The notes under the pieces were generated by a model. It was not told the origin of the DNA. It worked only from the letters and a program-made list of their open reading frames with translations, and did no database searches. Below, piece by piece: positions 44,114 to 53,950 of a stretch of DNA of 64,000 nt. The position numbers and the translations under genes were made by a program. This DNA is from an uncultured Planctomycetota bacterium (GTDB lineage: Bacteria; Planctomycetota; Planctomycetia; Isosphaerales; Isosphaeraceae): contig CAWGMQ010000006.1 of assembly GCA_963823665.1 (NCBI GenBank), forward strand, positions 1,280,001 through 1,344,000, written 5' to 3'. How positions within the stretch are numbered: position 1 is the stretch's first letter; each line of letters begins with the position of its first letter.

Positions 44114-45651
44114 ATGCGTCCGATTTTACAAGCGCTTTCGTGCTGTCTTGTCGCTTTCGTGCAGCTCTGGCCGTCGTCAGCATCTGCGACGACGATCGAC
44201 TGGATGACATTCGAGGAGTTGGTGCTTGGGGCGGATTTCGTCGGCATCGTTGAGTGTAATCGAGCGGGCGGTATCGTTGCCGGATACTCGGTGCTCGAGT
44301 CGTGGAAAGGGCCAAGGCCCGGTAGTCACATTACCATTCGCGTCGCGGTGAACTACTGGGAGCCCCAGTTCCCGATCGCCCTCTGCGGCGAGCGATTCTT
44401 TGTTACGGCGTTCAAGCGGGCTCCGTTCCGAGTGACGAGCACAACCTCGGGCGAGCCTGTGCCACTCTGGTGGCGGAATATCCCCGCCGACTATAGCTTG
44501 CCGCTCTTTCAGGGCCGCAAGCGCCTCGCGCCCGGCGAGAAGAACGGCGCCGATTTCCAGAAGATTCGGAACGCGGCCCAGAAGCTGCTGGCCGTCGAAC
44601 CCGCGGAGCAGGACGCGGCCCTGCTGAAGTCGGTCATCGAGAAGGAGCTCAACGCCACGAGATGGGTGCTCGACCCCGACGCGGCGGATGCCAAAAAACT
44701 CCGTTTAAGACTGGCGAAGCTTAACAGCGCGGACGAGTTGGTGAGCGAACTGATTCGAACGATCGACGAGAGACCTCTCTGGGCGCACCGGGCACCCCGT
44801 AACATCCTCAGGAAGGCTGGGGGAAAGGCTGCCCTGGCGTCTCTGGAGAAGCTGCCAGTCGATCGATGCCCTTGGCAAAAATACGAGCTCGACGAGCTCA
44901 TCGCGGAGATCAGGCGGCGTGTGGAAGGGAAGGACGCCAATTCGTCGGTGGCCGTCGACTCCGACACGAAGGAGCAAGCTCCTTTGGCCCAGGAGCTGGC
45001 AGGCCTGAGAAACGCCCTGGCACAAGGAGCAGACGCAAAAGGATTTGGCGAGGCGCTCGCGACCCTCTCTCGATACGATCCCGAACCGGTCGTGAGATAC
45101 CTTGTTGCGTGGATCAATCCCAACCAAGGCTGGCGTGACAAGGACCGGGGTTACGTGCTGGGGTCGTACTTTGGCGTGCGTTGCGGCAAGGATCGGAAAA
45201 CACACTTTGCGGCTCTCACAGAAGCCAAAGACCCGTTCGTCCGAGTCGCGGGTGCAGTCTACCTGTGCTTCGAGGACGCCATTGCTGGGACGGCCGCACT
45301 CAAGCGGATGACCGCAGCCGACGGCGACCCAGGGGTGTGGGCCGCGCTGACGCTGGCCAGGCGCGGTGACAAGGACGCTGTGCCTCGCGCCCTCGAGGTG
45401 TTCCGGAGTCCTGCGCCCGGGCGCAGTCGTCGCAAGCCCCTATGGCGAGAGTCCCACACAGCAACTTGCGGAAGCGGGTGCTCGTTCTGCTCTCGAACTC
45501 AGCTCATGCAAGCGGCGCCCCACGGCCGGAGAAGACTATGGACGCAGCGAATTCCTTCGAGTCTCTCCTGACTTGGTGGAAAACACACGGCGACAAGTTG
45601 GTCCTGGACGACCCATGGCTGCCGATCTTGGAGAAACGAAAGGTCGATTGA
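44114..45651 (+). CDS. Secreted hypothetical protein with HEAT-like C-terminus, frameshift near 45430
   Basis: Signal peptide; ORF 44114..45571 turns low-quality after EVFRSP, and the natural end lies in ORF 45442..45651. Confidence 0.65.
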
Positions 45652-45703
45652 TCGCGCCTTGAAACATGGCGACATATCGACGTCACACCCACATGAGGCC
45701 GCT

Positions 45704-46125
45704 ATGTCCAGTCAAGCCAAACCCACCTCACGTCCCTGGCGAAGATTCGTGCGCTTCAGCGTGCGGGGGATGATAGTTTTGGTGCTGGTGATTGGCGTTT
45801 GGCTTGGTTGGATCGTGCGCAGGCGCGGATTCAGCGCGAGGCGGTGTCGGAGATCACACGACTCGATGGCCGGGTTGCGTATAGCTTCGAATCGGTGGAC
45901 GGGCACTGGGATACATCAGGCAAACCATGGGCTCCTGCTTGGCTTACTGATCGGCTCGGAATCGACTACTTTGGTCACATCACCGACGTGTTGCTCTACG
46001 ACAATCGAACCGGTGTCGCGGTGGCGCAGGTCGAGCATCTCACCCGACTGCAGCGACTGTCGATTGCGGACTCGCGCGACGGCGATGCCGTACTGGCGCA
46101 TCTCCGCGGGCTAACTGGTCTGTGG
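45704..46125 (+). pseudogene. LRR paralogue 5, frameshifted (~45820) and truncated
   Basis: RPWRRFVRFSVRG + TM, then ARIQREAV...LGIDYFGHITDV in another frame; ends after about one LRR. Confidence 0.8.
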
Positions 46126-46220
46126 ACGTGGGAGCGACATGGTTGGGACCGTCAATCCCTTCAGGCGAAATAAAGCGTGTTCTCAAGACAGGCGGCTCTT
46201 GGTACGACAACGGAACTCTC

Positions 46221-46663
46221 GTATATCAGAAACCGTGACTATGTTTCGTGAACTGTTAGACAACGCGGGACGCCTCGAAGCGGGTCCGTTGCAATCTGCT
46301 GCTCGCCAGCAGTTCCCATCAATCGTCGAGAAAAGCCACCTGGAACGTCGTGTGGTCGGCGACCCCGTCCCACGTGATGGCAGATACGGCATTATTGGAA
46401 TAGCTAGTTATTCACTGCGTGATCTGGGACTTCTTGATGACGTAGACGCAGCCTATGCGCTCTAGAAGGATGCAGCCAAGGTCGCCGTGTTTGATCTCAT
46501 GGAATGCAGTGAAATGAATGACGTGGGGAGATTTTTGCTGAACGCTGTGGATGTAAGGCAGACGCCGGTCGTCGAAATCTGGGACGACGGACAACTCGTT
46601 ACGTTCCAGACCGGATTGCCCATGACGCACAAAGTTTTGCAGAATGCGGGTCTCCTGAAGTAA
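46221..46663 (+). pseudogene. Hypothetical (thioredoxin-like fold?) gene with an in-frame TAG at 46463-46465
   Basis: The frame stays open after the TAG: KDAAKVAVFDLMEC...QTPVVEIWDDG...GLLK*. Start uncertain. Confidence 0.55.
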
Positions 46664-46729
46664 TGGACACCATGAGGTTGCTTCGCATTTTGAACGCCGT
46701 GCTCGTGGCGTTCGTGCTGGTCTGAATGA

Positions 46730-47140
46730 GCAAAATCACCTTGACCCCAGCGACCGGCAATCCTTGGCGATCAACAACCCGCCCGTGGAATGGTTTGCCC
46801 GGCGTCAGGCTGAACTCCAGAGGTTTGGAGTCAGGCGATGTGATCTTCCACGTCGGAGCGAAACCAGTGGCCCCGGCGTTCACGGTCCAGCGCCCAAACC
46901 GAGGCTTCTCGTTCACATGAGGAAAGACGAACCGCCCCGTCGCGTCCGTCTTGGTTTCAAAAAAGTCCGCGGAATCGGTCGAGTATCCCACTACAATCCT
47001 GGCACCGGGAACAGGTTTTCCCTGGCTGTCGCGCACCTGTCCGGCGACGCTCACTCCCGGCTTCATCACCAGCACACTCGTCATTGCGCGAGCTGTCCGG
47101 AGGCTGAGCTGACGTCGGAGGCTCGGGACGATCTGGAGCC
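46730..47140 (-). pseudogene. Internal fragment of a carboxypeptidase-regulatory-like protein
   Basis: VAGQVRDSQGKPVPGARI...TKTDATGRFVF...FHGRVVDRQGLPVAGVKV within ORF 46599..47531; the ends of that ORF look spurious. Confidence 0.65.
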
Positions 47141-47224
47141 GCGTCCGCGAACAGTTGATCGTTCTCGATGCCCATCGCTCGTGCCGTGTCGAACACCTGA
47201 GTGGTCGGCTGAATTCAGGGATGT

Positions 47225-47360
47225 CAGACACCCACCTTTTGCGGAGCGTCGGACACGCGCCGTGTGCGCGTTCGAAATGACCAGAGGCCGTGGTTCTGCG
47301 CCGAACGTTCGAGGCGCGAATGAAAGGATGCGGGGGACCGTGACAAAAGGGTGGGTGTCT
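47225..47360. repeat. Inverted repeat pair (REPIN-like); the right arm is the intron C target
   Basis: cagacacccaccttttg (47225-47241) vs caaaagggtgggtgtct (47344-47360). Confidence 0.65.
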
Positions 47361-48092
47361 TTGCGTCAGGAAAGCTCGAGAAAGGAGGAAGTGCCTCGAA
47401 ACACAGAAACCTTTCATCGCGACCCTGCGGGTTAACGAATCCCGCCCGGCAGAGCCTGGCCGGCAGCCGGAAGCAAGTCTTGCGTGGGGAGGGGTGACCC
47501 TCACTGCGAAGCGTAGACAGCGAGTCTCCATGCCATGCTATCGAGCCCCGAAATACTCATCGTGGGAGCCTCCGTTGTAGACACAAGCGGGGGCCGTGTC
47601 GACACGCCGCAATGGCCTGGCGTGTTCGGTCCTGCCGGGGTCCAAGAACATGGCGCAGGGACGCGAGGGTTGCTCGGGAACCTGAGAGCCCCATCCGTCT
47701 CCACTGACATTTCCGGCTCGGGAACCGGAATACCAACTCCCCGGCCCACGACCCCGCGTCGGGTCGCTGGGAGCGAACAAGACGCAAGGGTGGTATCGCC
47801 AAACGAAGGCAACGAAGTGCGGCGAAATGGGCGGACGGGAGTCGGAGTGCTCCGTAGTAGCAGTGAAGCGGGGGAATGGGCCCTCCCAGACCCTGTGGAG
47901 CGAAGGGGGTACCGTGTCGCGGACTGGAAGCCGGAACCACGCCGAGGGCATTGGACCTCAGAGCGCGTCACCGCGAGGCGACCAGATCGTGTGAGGGACA
48001 GCGACGCCGCGACATGACGAGCCGGATGCCTTAATTGGGCACGTCCGGATCAGTGGGAGCCCTGGCGGAGCGATCCGCCAGGGCGACCCGGC
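47361..48092 (+). ncRNA. ORF-less group II intron C (satellite of intron A)
   Basis: 47361-~47847 is nearly identical to 39464-~39951. DIV is about 100 nt (47914-48015), DV at 48019-48051, intact DVI ending gcgacccggc. Confidence 0.88.
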
Positions 48093-48109
48093 GGCAAACC
48101 CATCCGCAG

Positions 48110-48726
48110 CTCTTGATGGCCTGGGGCGTCGAGAACGGGAGCCCATCGAGCGTAAATAAAAGCTTGACCAGCGGAATTGGCGGGGGCTCCGCGGGCGGAT
48201 CGCTCGTTCCATCCGTCGCCTGCCGTCTATGTTTACGCCCAGCCCTGCCATAGGGATCGTGGCTGATCGAGTAGATGACGGGGACAGGAATTGTCGCCAG
48301 ACGGACGAACAACTCCCGAGTCGACGTCACCTCCGAGAACGTCAGAGCCTGACCGCTCCATTCCAAGAGCCCGTGGCGGGTTTGCGCGAATGCCGAGAGC
48401 TTGGCGAGCGAGTTTCGCAGCTCGGAGGCTCGGGCGCGGGCGGCCTGGAGGTAGCGTTCGGAACCGGGATTCGCCCGTCGCGTCGACGTCACCCACTTCG
48501 ACAAGTAGAAACAGACTGCCAACGCCTCTGCGATAAGGCGTACGGCGGTAGATTCTGGAAGTCCGGCGGTTTTCTTGGCGACGCCCCTTAGCTCGGACAC
48601 CAACGCGCGCAGTTCACCTGCCCGGCTCGCGACCTGCCGGTCCGAGTTCGGCGTCAAGACCTTGAGCATGCGACCTCGAAGCGCCAACATCGAGACGAGC
48701 ACATCCCAGTCGAAGCGACGGTTCAT
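48110..48726 (-). pseudogene. Hypothetical protein, 3'-truncated next to intron C
   Basis: Start overlaps the stop of the upstream gene (48723-48726); plausible sequence ends at PFSTPQAI and the ORF then runs into intron sequence. Confidence 0.55.
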
Positions 48727-51323
48727 GTTGACGCTCCTGGGTCGCGCTGATCGGCGCTGTTGACTCTTGCCTCGATCATTCTCGCGGCGTTGCGAGCACG
48801 CCCTTGGGCTAGCAGAATTTCGGCCTCCTCCGCCGTCTGTATCACGGCGTAAGCTTCGCGCGCGAAGGCGCTCGCTTTCACGTCCGGCACCAGGCCGAGC
48901 GCTTCCTCGGCGAGCGCGGCCGCTTCGGCATGAAGTTCGTGGAACGAGAGGATTTCAAGCAAATGAATCACGTCGAACGGATCTCTTGCGGCTTTTAAGC
49001 GGACGATGTCCCGTACCTTATCAATCTCGGCGACAACTGCGGATGACGGGACGTCGCGGAGGCGTTCTCGAATTCTTCCCCGGTCTTTACCGATGTCATC
49101 GTCGTATCGGTCGCGTTGCGTTTTTTGCAGATGGTCCAGAGCTGCCCGGACATACGGCGTGGCAAGCTCGGGATAGGCCGCGACCTGGTCTCCCATGAGA
49201 ACCAGCATGTCCTCCGCGAAATGCCGGTCGGGCAAGCGGCTGTATTCGGGAAGCAACTTGACGGCGATGTATCGCCTGACCTCCGGCCAGTCGCGGAAGG
49301 ACCGCCTCAGCGTGCTCAACAAATCGCGGAGGAAGGCGGTCTCCTTGGGTTGTTGCCGGTAGTATCGCTCGAACTGAATCAGGCATGTCAGCACCTTGTT
49401 GCCGCGTTCATCCCTCTGGAATCTGTAAGAAGCCAAAGCCCGGACAGCGTTCTGGTGGATGATGTAGTAATCATCGGTCAGGTATATGGTGAGCAACTCA
49501 ACGATGTCGTCGGGAATGCTTTCCGGGATGCGCGAGAGCAGTTCGCCGGCTACGCGGATCGCCCTCGACCGAACCAGCCGTGATTCGAAATTGACCAGGT
49601 GCTTGTAAAGTTGCCGAATGACGAGCGGAACCATTTCATAGGTCTCGGCGAAGCTGGTCAACGTCGTGACCATCTGCGCTTTGAGTTCGGCTTCCGCCTC
49701 GTCCTTGCTGCTCAGGCGATCGAGAAGATCCCGGACAGCACCCAGTACCGGTGCCGGGCTCAGCCTGGCCAGTTCGTCTACGATCTCGGTCAGAACGCGC
49801 TTGAGGGCTCCATAGGACGAATCCCGGTTCATTGCTTCCAGAGCGGCCATTGTACCGGCAGCGGGCGGAGGCGCGTTACGAGATTCACGGACCGTCATGG
49901 TCAGCCGGCCCAGGATGCGATCGATCCTAGCCATCCCTTCCCCGGGATAGCACTTGATAAGATCCTTCAGCTTATTGCAAATCTCGAAGCGGTGATCCGG
50001 CGAGATGTCGAGATCGCCGACTGCCAGCAACATCCGGTCGATCGCCAAGGCGGCATGCGTGGCGTAGAGGGATCGATCAAATCCGACGAAAATGCGCCGG
50101 CCTGGCCACCGCTCTCGCTCTTCATCGACACCCAGGAGCGCGAGCCTGGAATACACGTCGAGGACGACAACACGGGCCTCTACCGATGCCCCCGTCAGGA
50201 ATCCCTCAATCCTTGCCTCGATCTCCTGCGGGGAATAAGCGTACAGATGGGCAAGAAGCTGGCACGCGGCGCCATCGGCCGAGCCCCCATCGTAAAAATC
50301 GTCAGGCAATTCGAGCGAGCGCAGAAGTTCCTCTGCCAGCGGCAGGATTTGCTCAACCTCTCCTGTAAGCAGGTCCGTGGCCAGCCTGATGGCGTTGAAT
50401 CTAACCAACTTCTCCTGGCTTCTCAGTCGCGTGACAAGAGCCGCCCTTACCGCGCCGGCGTCGATCTTGAAGAGTCTGCCGAGCAGTTCGATCGTGCCGG
50501 GATAACGCGGACGCTCGTGCAGGCCGCCGATCATCGTATGGAAGCTTCCATATCCGGCGAGGGCGATGATCGAGGGCAGCGCGGAAAGCGTTGAAGTGAC
50601 TTCCTGGCCGTAGCCGATTGCGTCGGACAGCAGACCGCACGCCGTGTCGATCCCGCCCTCGACAGCTTTCAGCGCCGCCGTCATCAACTCGCTCGACACC
50701 CGTCCCCGGTGTCGGCATATCATGCGGGCGGCTTCGATGCATGAGCCGACGTAGGGACCGGCGAAGGCGTCCGCCACGACCCGGAGCGCGGCATCTGAGA
50801 AGAAGTCCGATGCCAGGTCCGCCGCCTGGACGAGCAGACCCTTGGAACGCTCGCCCTCCTGCTCAGTCCCAAAAAGGTCCAGGATGAAGCGGTTGACGGA
50901 CTCCTCGCTGGGCTGGCCGGTCTTCAATGCAATCGCTGCCGCCTCGTATTCCTGGGCCTTCAGCTCCCTTCGGCGGCCCTCGGCGGCCGCCTCCTCTTGA
51001 TCCCGCCGGTCCTTCTCGGCGAGCACTTCCCGTCCATAGTTGTCGGGCGAGATTTCGTCGTGATGCGGACAACCAATGCAGTTGCGGAGGATAAAGCTAC
51101 TCGCCTCCCAGCTCAGATGCGCCGATTCACTGAGCGTAACTCCATGCGGACAGATGACTTGAAGGTGCCCGATCGGGAGCCCGATGGCTGGGCCGAGCAA
51201 ACCCTGGGACGTCATTTCGACGCCGATGTGCCTGCACCAACGCTTTACTCGTGGCAGAAGCCGTTGATTGGCCTGCCCGATCTCGACACTCTCCGAGAAC
51301 ATCCGGTCATTATGCTCGACCAT
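48723..51323 (-). CDS. Large hypothetical HEAT/ARM-like protein with N-terminal Cys/His cluster
   Basis: 866 aa from MVEHND; WCRH, CPH, CIGCPHH; helical repeats such as VRFNAIR, VRSRAIR, IHQNAVRAL. Confidence 0.75.
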   Translation of the reverse strand: MVEHNDRMFSESVEIGQANQRLLPRVKRWCRHIGVEMTSQGLLGPAIGLPIGHLQVICPHGVTLSESAHLSWEASSFILRNCIGCPHHDEISPDNYGREVLAEKDRRDQEEAAAEGRRRELKAQEYEAAAIALKTGQPSEESVNRFILDLFGTEQEGERSKGLLVQAADLASDFFSDAALRVVADAFAGPYVGSCIEAARMICRHRGRVSSELMTAALKAVEGGIDTACGLLSDAIGYGQEVTSTLSALPSIIALAGYGSFHTMIGGLHERPRYPGTIELLGRLFKIDAGAVRAALVTRLRSQEKLVRFNAIRLATDLLTGEVEQILPLAEELLRSLELPDDFYDGGSADGAACQLLAHLYAYSPQEIEARIEGFLTGASVEARVVVLDVYSRLALLGVDEERERWPGRRIFVGFDRSLYATHAALAIDRMLLAVGDLDISPDHRFEICNKLKDLIKCYPGEGMARIDRILGRLTMTVRESRNAPPPAAGTMAALEAMNRDSSYGALKRVLTEIVDELARLSPAPVLGAVRDLLDRLSSKDEAEAELKAQMVTTLTSFAETYEMVPLVIRQLYKHLVNFESRLVRSRAIRVAGELLSRIPESIPDDIVELLTIYLTDDYYIIHQNAVRALASYRFQRDERGNKVLTCLIQFERYYRQQPKETAFLRDLLSTLRRSFRDWPEVRRYIAVKLLPEYSRLPDRHFAEDMLVLMGDQVAAYPELATPYVRAALDHLQKTQRDRYDDDIGKDRGRIRERLRDVPSSAVVAEIDKVRDIVRLKAARDPFDVIHLLEILSFHELHAEAAALAEEALGLVPDVKASAFAREAYAVIQTAEEAEILLAQGRARNAARMIEARVNSADQRDPGAST

Positions 51324-51399
51324 GATTTTCGGGCGCTCAACGAAAATGGTTGCCAAGAACCTTAGTGAACTATTTTCCACTTGATCTTTCTGACCTGCA

Positions 51400-51600
51400 A
51401 GCCATCTCTTCTGCCTCGTCCAGCGCCCGGAGGTGCTGGTGATGCTACGCTCCGAGGAATACGCGGCCATCAAGATGGATTATGATCGGATCAGCACCGC
51501 GCATTTCGCCAGGAGCTACGTGCCACCGCCCGAGATGAGCTTTGCCAAGAGCGATGCCCTGTTCCCGCCTGCGGAACTCCGCGCCGCGATCGCCGAGTTG
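51400..51600 (+). pseudogene. Possible C-terminal fragment of an AbiEii-type nucleotidyltransferase
   Basis: MLRSEEYAAIKMDYDRISTAHF...MSFAKSDALFP; resemblance recalled, not searched. Confidence 0.35.
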
Positions 51601-51725
51601 TCAGGAAGTGGCAGGCGCTGTCTCGGTCAATTCGATCGAGGAAACCGAAACTGAATCGGCGATCCGGCTGCGGAGCCTTGGGATGTTCTTTTTACGTTCG
51701 TGGTGCCGGGTCGTCTTGTGCAGGA

Positions 51726-52298
51726 TCACAGGCGGTGCGCGAAAGCTCGCAAGCGAGCAACCGTCTTAGCAAGCCCAACCGCTTCCAAGGTCGCAAGGAA
51801 TTCCTCGACAGTCCTCGGCGGGTTTTTCAGGCCCTGTCTTTGCAGCCGGGCAGCCTCACCGAACTCGTCCACGGCCGCGTCAAGTAGTTCGGAGAATATT
51901 TCGTCGGGATGCCGGACATCCACGCCGTACCGTCCAAGTGCTTCAGGCGGGAAGTCCGAGATGTTGAAGGTAATGATCAACTCAGCCTCCCCGTGGATCG
52001 CGGCGGCCAATACGTGGCGATCATCCGGATCGGGCAGAGTCAACGACGGAACCAACGCCGCGTAGCCCGTCACGAGGCAGTCTCGAACGGCACCGTCCAT
52101 GAGGGATCGGGTCCGCTCCAGGCGCTCTCGACTGAGTTTCGGGTTGTTTTTCAGGACGTTCCGCATCCACTCATCATGAATCTCGTCTGTCCACCGTGCC
52201 TGGATCAAGCTGGCCTGAGCCAGACGAACAATGAGGTCGCGTAGCGGGGCGGAGTAGAGGACGCAGGCGTCGATGATCGCCGTCGAAGGCGTGTCCAT
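51726..52298 (-). CDS. PIN-domain (PIN_3/VapC-like) toxin
   Basis: IIDACVLY, WTDEIHDEW, LPDPDDRHVLAAAI, IITFNISDFP. Confidence 0.9.
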   Translation of the reverse strand: MDTPSTAIIDACVLYSAPLRDLIVRLAQASLIQARWTDEIHDEWMRNVLKNNPKLSRERLERTRSLMDGAVRDCLVTGYAALVPSLTLPDPDDRHVLAAAIHGEAELIITFNISDFPPEALGRYGVDVRHPDEIFSELLDAAVDEFGEAARLQRQGLKNPPRTVEEFLATLEAVGLAKTVARLRAFAHRL

Positions 52299-52759
52299 CA
52301 ATAACCCATGCCCAGTTCCTGGGCTTCCGCCGTCAATTCGTCGGCGATCCGGCGGCGGGCGTCGTCATCCTTGCGTTTGTAAGCCATGAGATCGTCCAGC
52401 CGCACGCGACGGTGCTGGCCGACGAGGCGGAATGGGATCTTCCCGTCCTCCAGCAGACCGATCAGGAACGGCCGTGAGACGTTAAGCAAGTCTGCGGCCT
52501 GCTGGGTCGTCAACTCGGCCCGGACGGGGAGAAGAGTCACGCCGTGGCCCTTGGCCATCTCCGCCAGGATGTCCTTCAGAAGGCGAAAGGCAGGCATGGG
52601 CAAGGTGATATCCTCGCCCGGCTGCTCGTCACCCTGGATGTGGATTCTCAGGTCGGATTTATCCGCGCCGAGAATATGGGATAACCGTTGCAGGGATTCC
52701 CTGGCTAGCACGGTATCGGCTTCGCTCGGCGTAGTGGTTTCATGGGTCTGGGAAGTCAT
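52298..52759 (-). CDS. Excisionase-family (HTH_17) DNA-binding protein, putative antitoxin
   Basis: ELTTQQAADLLNVSRPFLIGLLEDGKIPFRLVGQHRRV; coupled to the PIN gene. Confidence 0.9.
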   Translation of the reverse strand: MTSQTHETTTPSEADTVLARESLQRLSHILGADKSDLRIHIQGDEQPGEDITLPMPAFRLLKDILAEMAKGHGVTLLPVRAELTTQQAADLLNVSRPFLIGLLEDGKIPFRLVGQHRRVRLDDLMAYKRKDDDARRRIADELTAEAQELGMGY

Positions 52760-52783
52760 GGCATCTCCTTTCGGCTCTGAAAG

Positions 52784-52832
52784 ATGTTACCATGAAACCG
52801 AAGCAAACGCAATAAGCGAAATAAGCGAAGGC
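52784..52832 (-). promoter_or_regulatory. Promoter of the TA operon with 9-bp tandem repeats
   Basis: Minus strand TTGCGT, 17 bp, TAACAT with extended TG; four 9-bp units at 52797-52832. Confidence 0.6.
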
Positions 52833-53191
52833 TTTCCCGGATATAAAACTTCCCGGTCGATCCTCGTTGGCGCGTGATGGTGCGTCTAGCGCCGGAGGTC
52901 GACGAATGATCCCGATGATGAATGTCGTCGCCTGGAACAACGTCGTTTCTTGGGTCGGGGATTCGTCGCGTGGAGCAAGATCCGGCTCGCGTGGGACCCT
53001 CACATCAACCATGGATACTGCGCCTTAAGACCCGTCCGAAGCGATCTGCTCTAAGGGACACCCGTATAGAATTCCCAGAATCGGCGGCGTCAGGCAAAAT
53101 AAACTAAGACGGGTGCCCAACACAGGTTAGAATGAAGGCGAAATCACGGCTAGCCCCGGTGGAGTGCGTCCCGAGCTAGGCGAAGCCCGAT

Positions 53192-53950
53192 TTGGATCAA
53201 CGGTGTGAAAGGTTGTTGTCTGTGAGCATTGGCGACCTGATCCGGGGGCTCTTCGTACCGCCTGGATATCAAGATGATCAACCGAGCGAGAGTCCCTTAG
53301 CCGCGCAGCGGCAAGCGCTTAAGCGAGTTTGGTCAGGCGAAAAAAAATCAGTTGGACTCGAACGCCTTCTCAGATTGAGCCTCGCCGCGATGGTATTCTT
53401 GTTGCCCTCCATCTACGTGCGGCAACTTTACGGTCGTCGCAGTTTACTCGGTCGTAAGATTGGCAGCGATTTGCTCGTAGTGATGAAGATGCTCTTGCCC
53501 TCGCTTCTGCTACTCTTTCAAACCCGCAGCGTCTTCGGGGCCGTTGTTGTGAGCTTGTTGCTCCTAGAAACGATCATTTAGGTGGCGGGAAATTTGATGC
53601 TGGCGGATATCTATGGGCACCAGTTCTCCGATCGGCGAACCTTCGTGCTATTGCTTGTGAATTATTGGGAAATAACCATTTCATTCGCTTACTTATATTT
53701 TCAAGCCGGAGTCGTGGGCAACTCCATGGCTGGAGTCCGTGCTAGCTCGACATTCATCGAAGCAATTTACTTTAGTACGGTGGTGTCAACGACCCTTGGG
53801 TTTGGCGATGTTTTTCCAAAGACCGACCTGGGCCGGATGATGCTCACTGTCCACGTATGGATGGTAGCAATTGTAATCATGACGGTCGTGAGCAGCGTCC
53901 TCGTGGATGTGCGAAAAGTCCCCCAGGATTCGTCGAACCAGACAGTCTAA
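53192..53950 (+). pseudogene. Potassium-channel-family (Ion_trans_2) protein with an in-frame TAG at 53579-53581
   Basis: Two in-frame ORFs; AIYFSTVVSTTLGFGDVFP selectivity filter. Confidence 0.8.

Noticed and set aside
39464..48092. DGR or retron interpretation (RTs plus a near-identical repeat plus variable LRR genes)
   Set aside because: Both RTs have group II maturase features and flanking DV/DVI. The repeat is intron RNA, lies in no target gene, and its differences are not adenine-specific.
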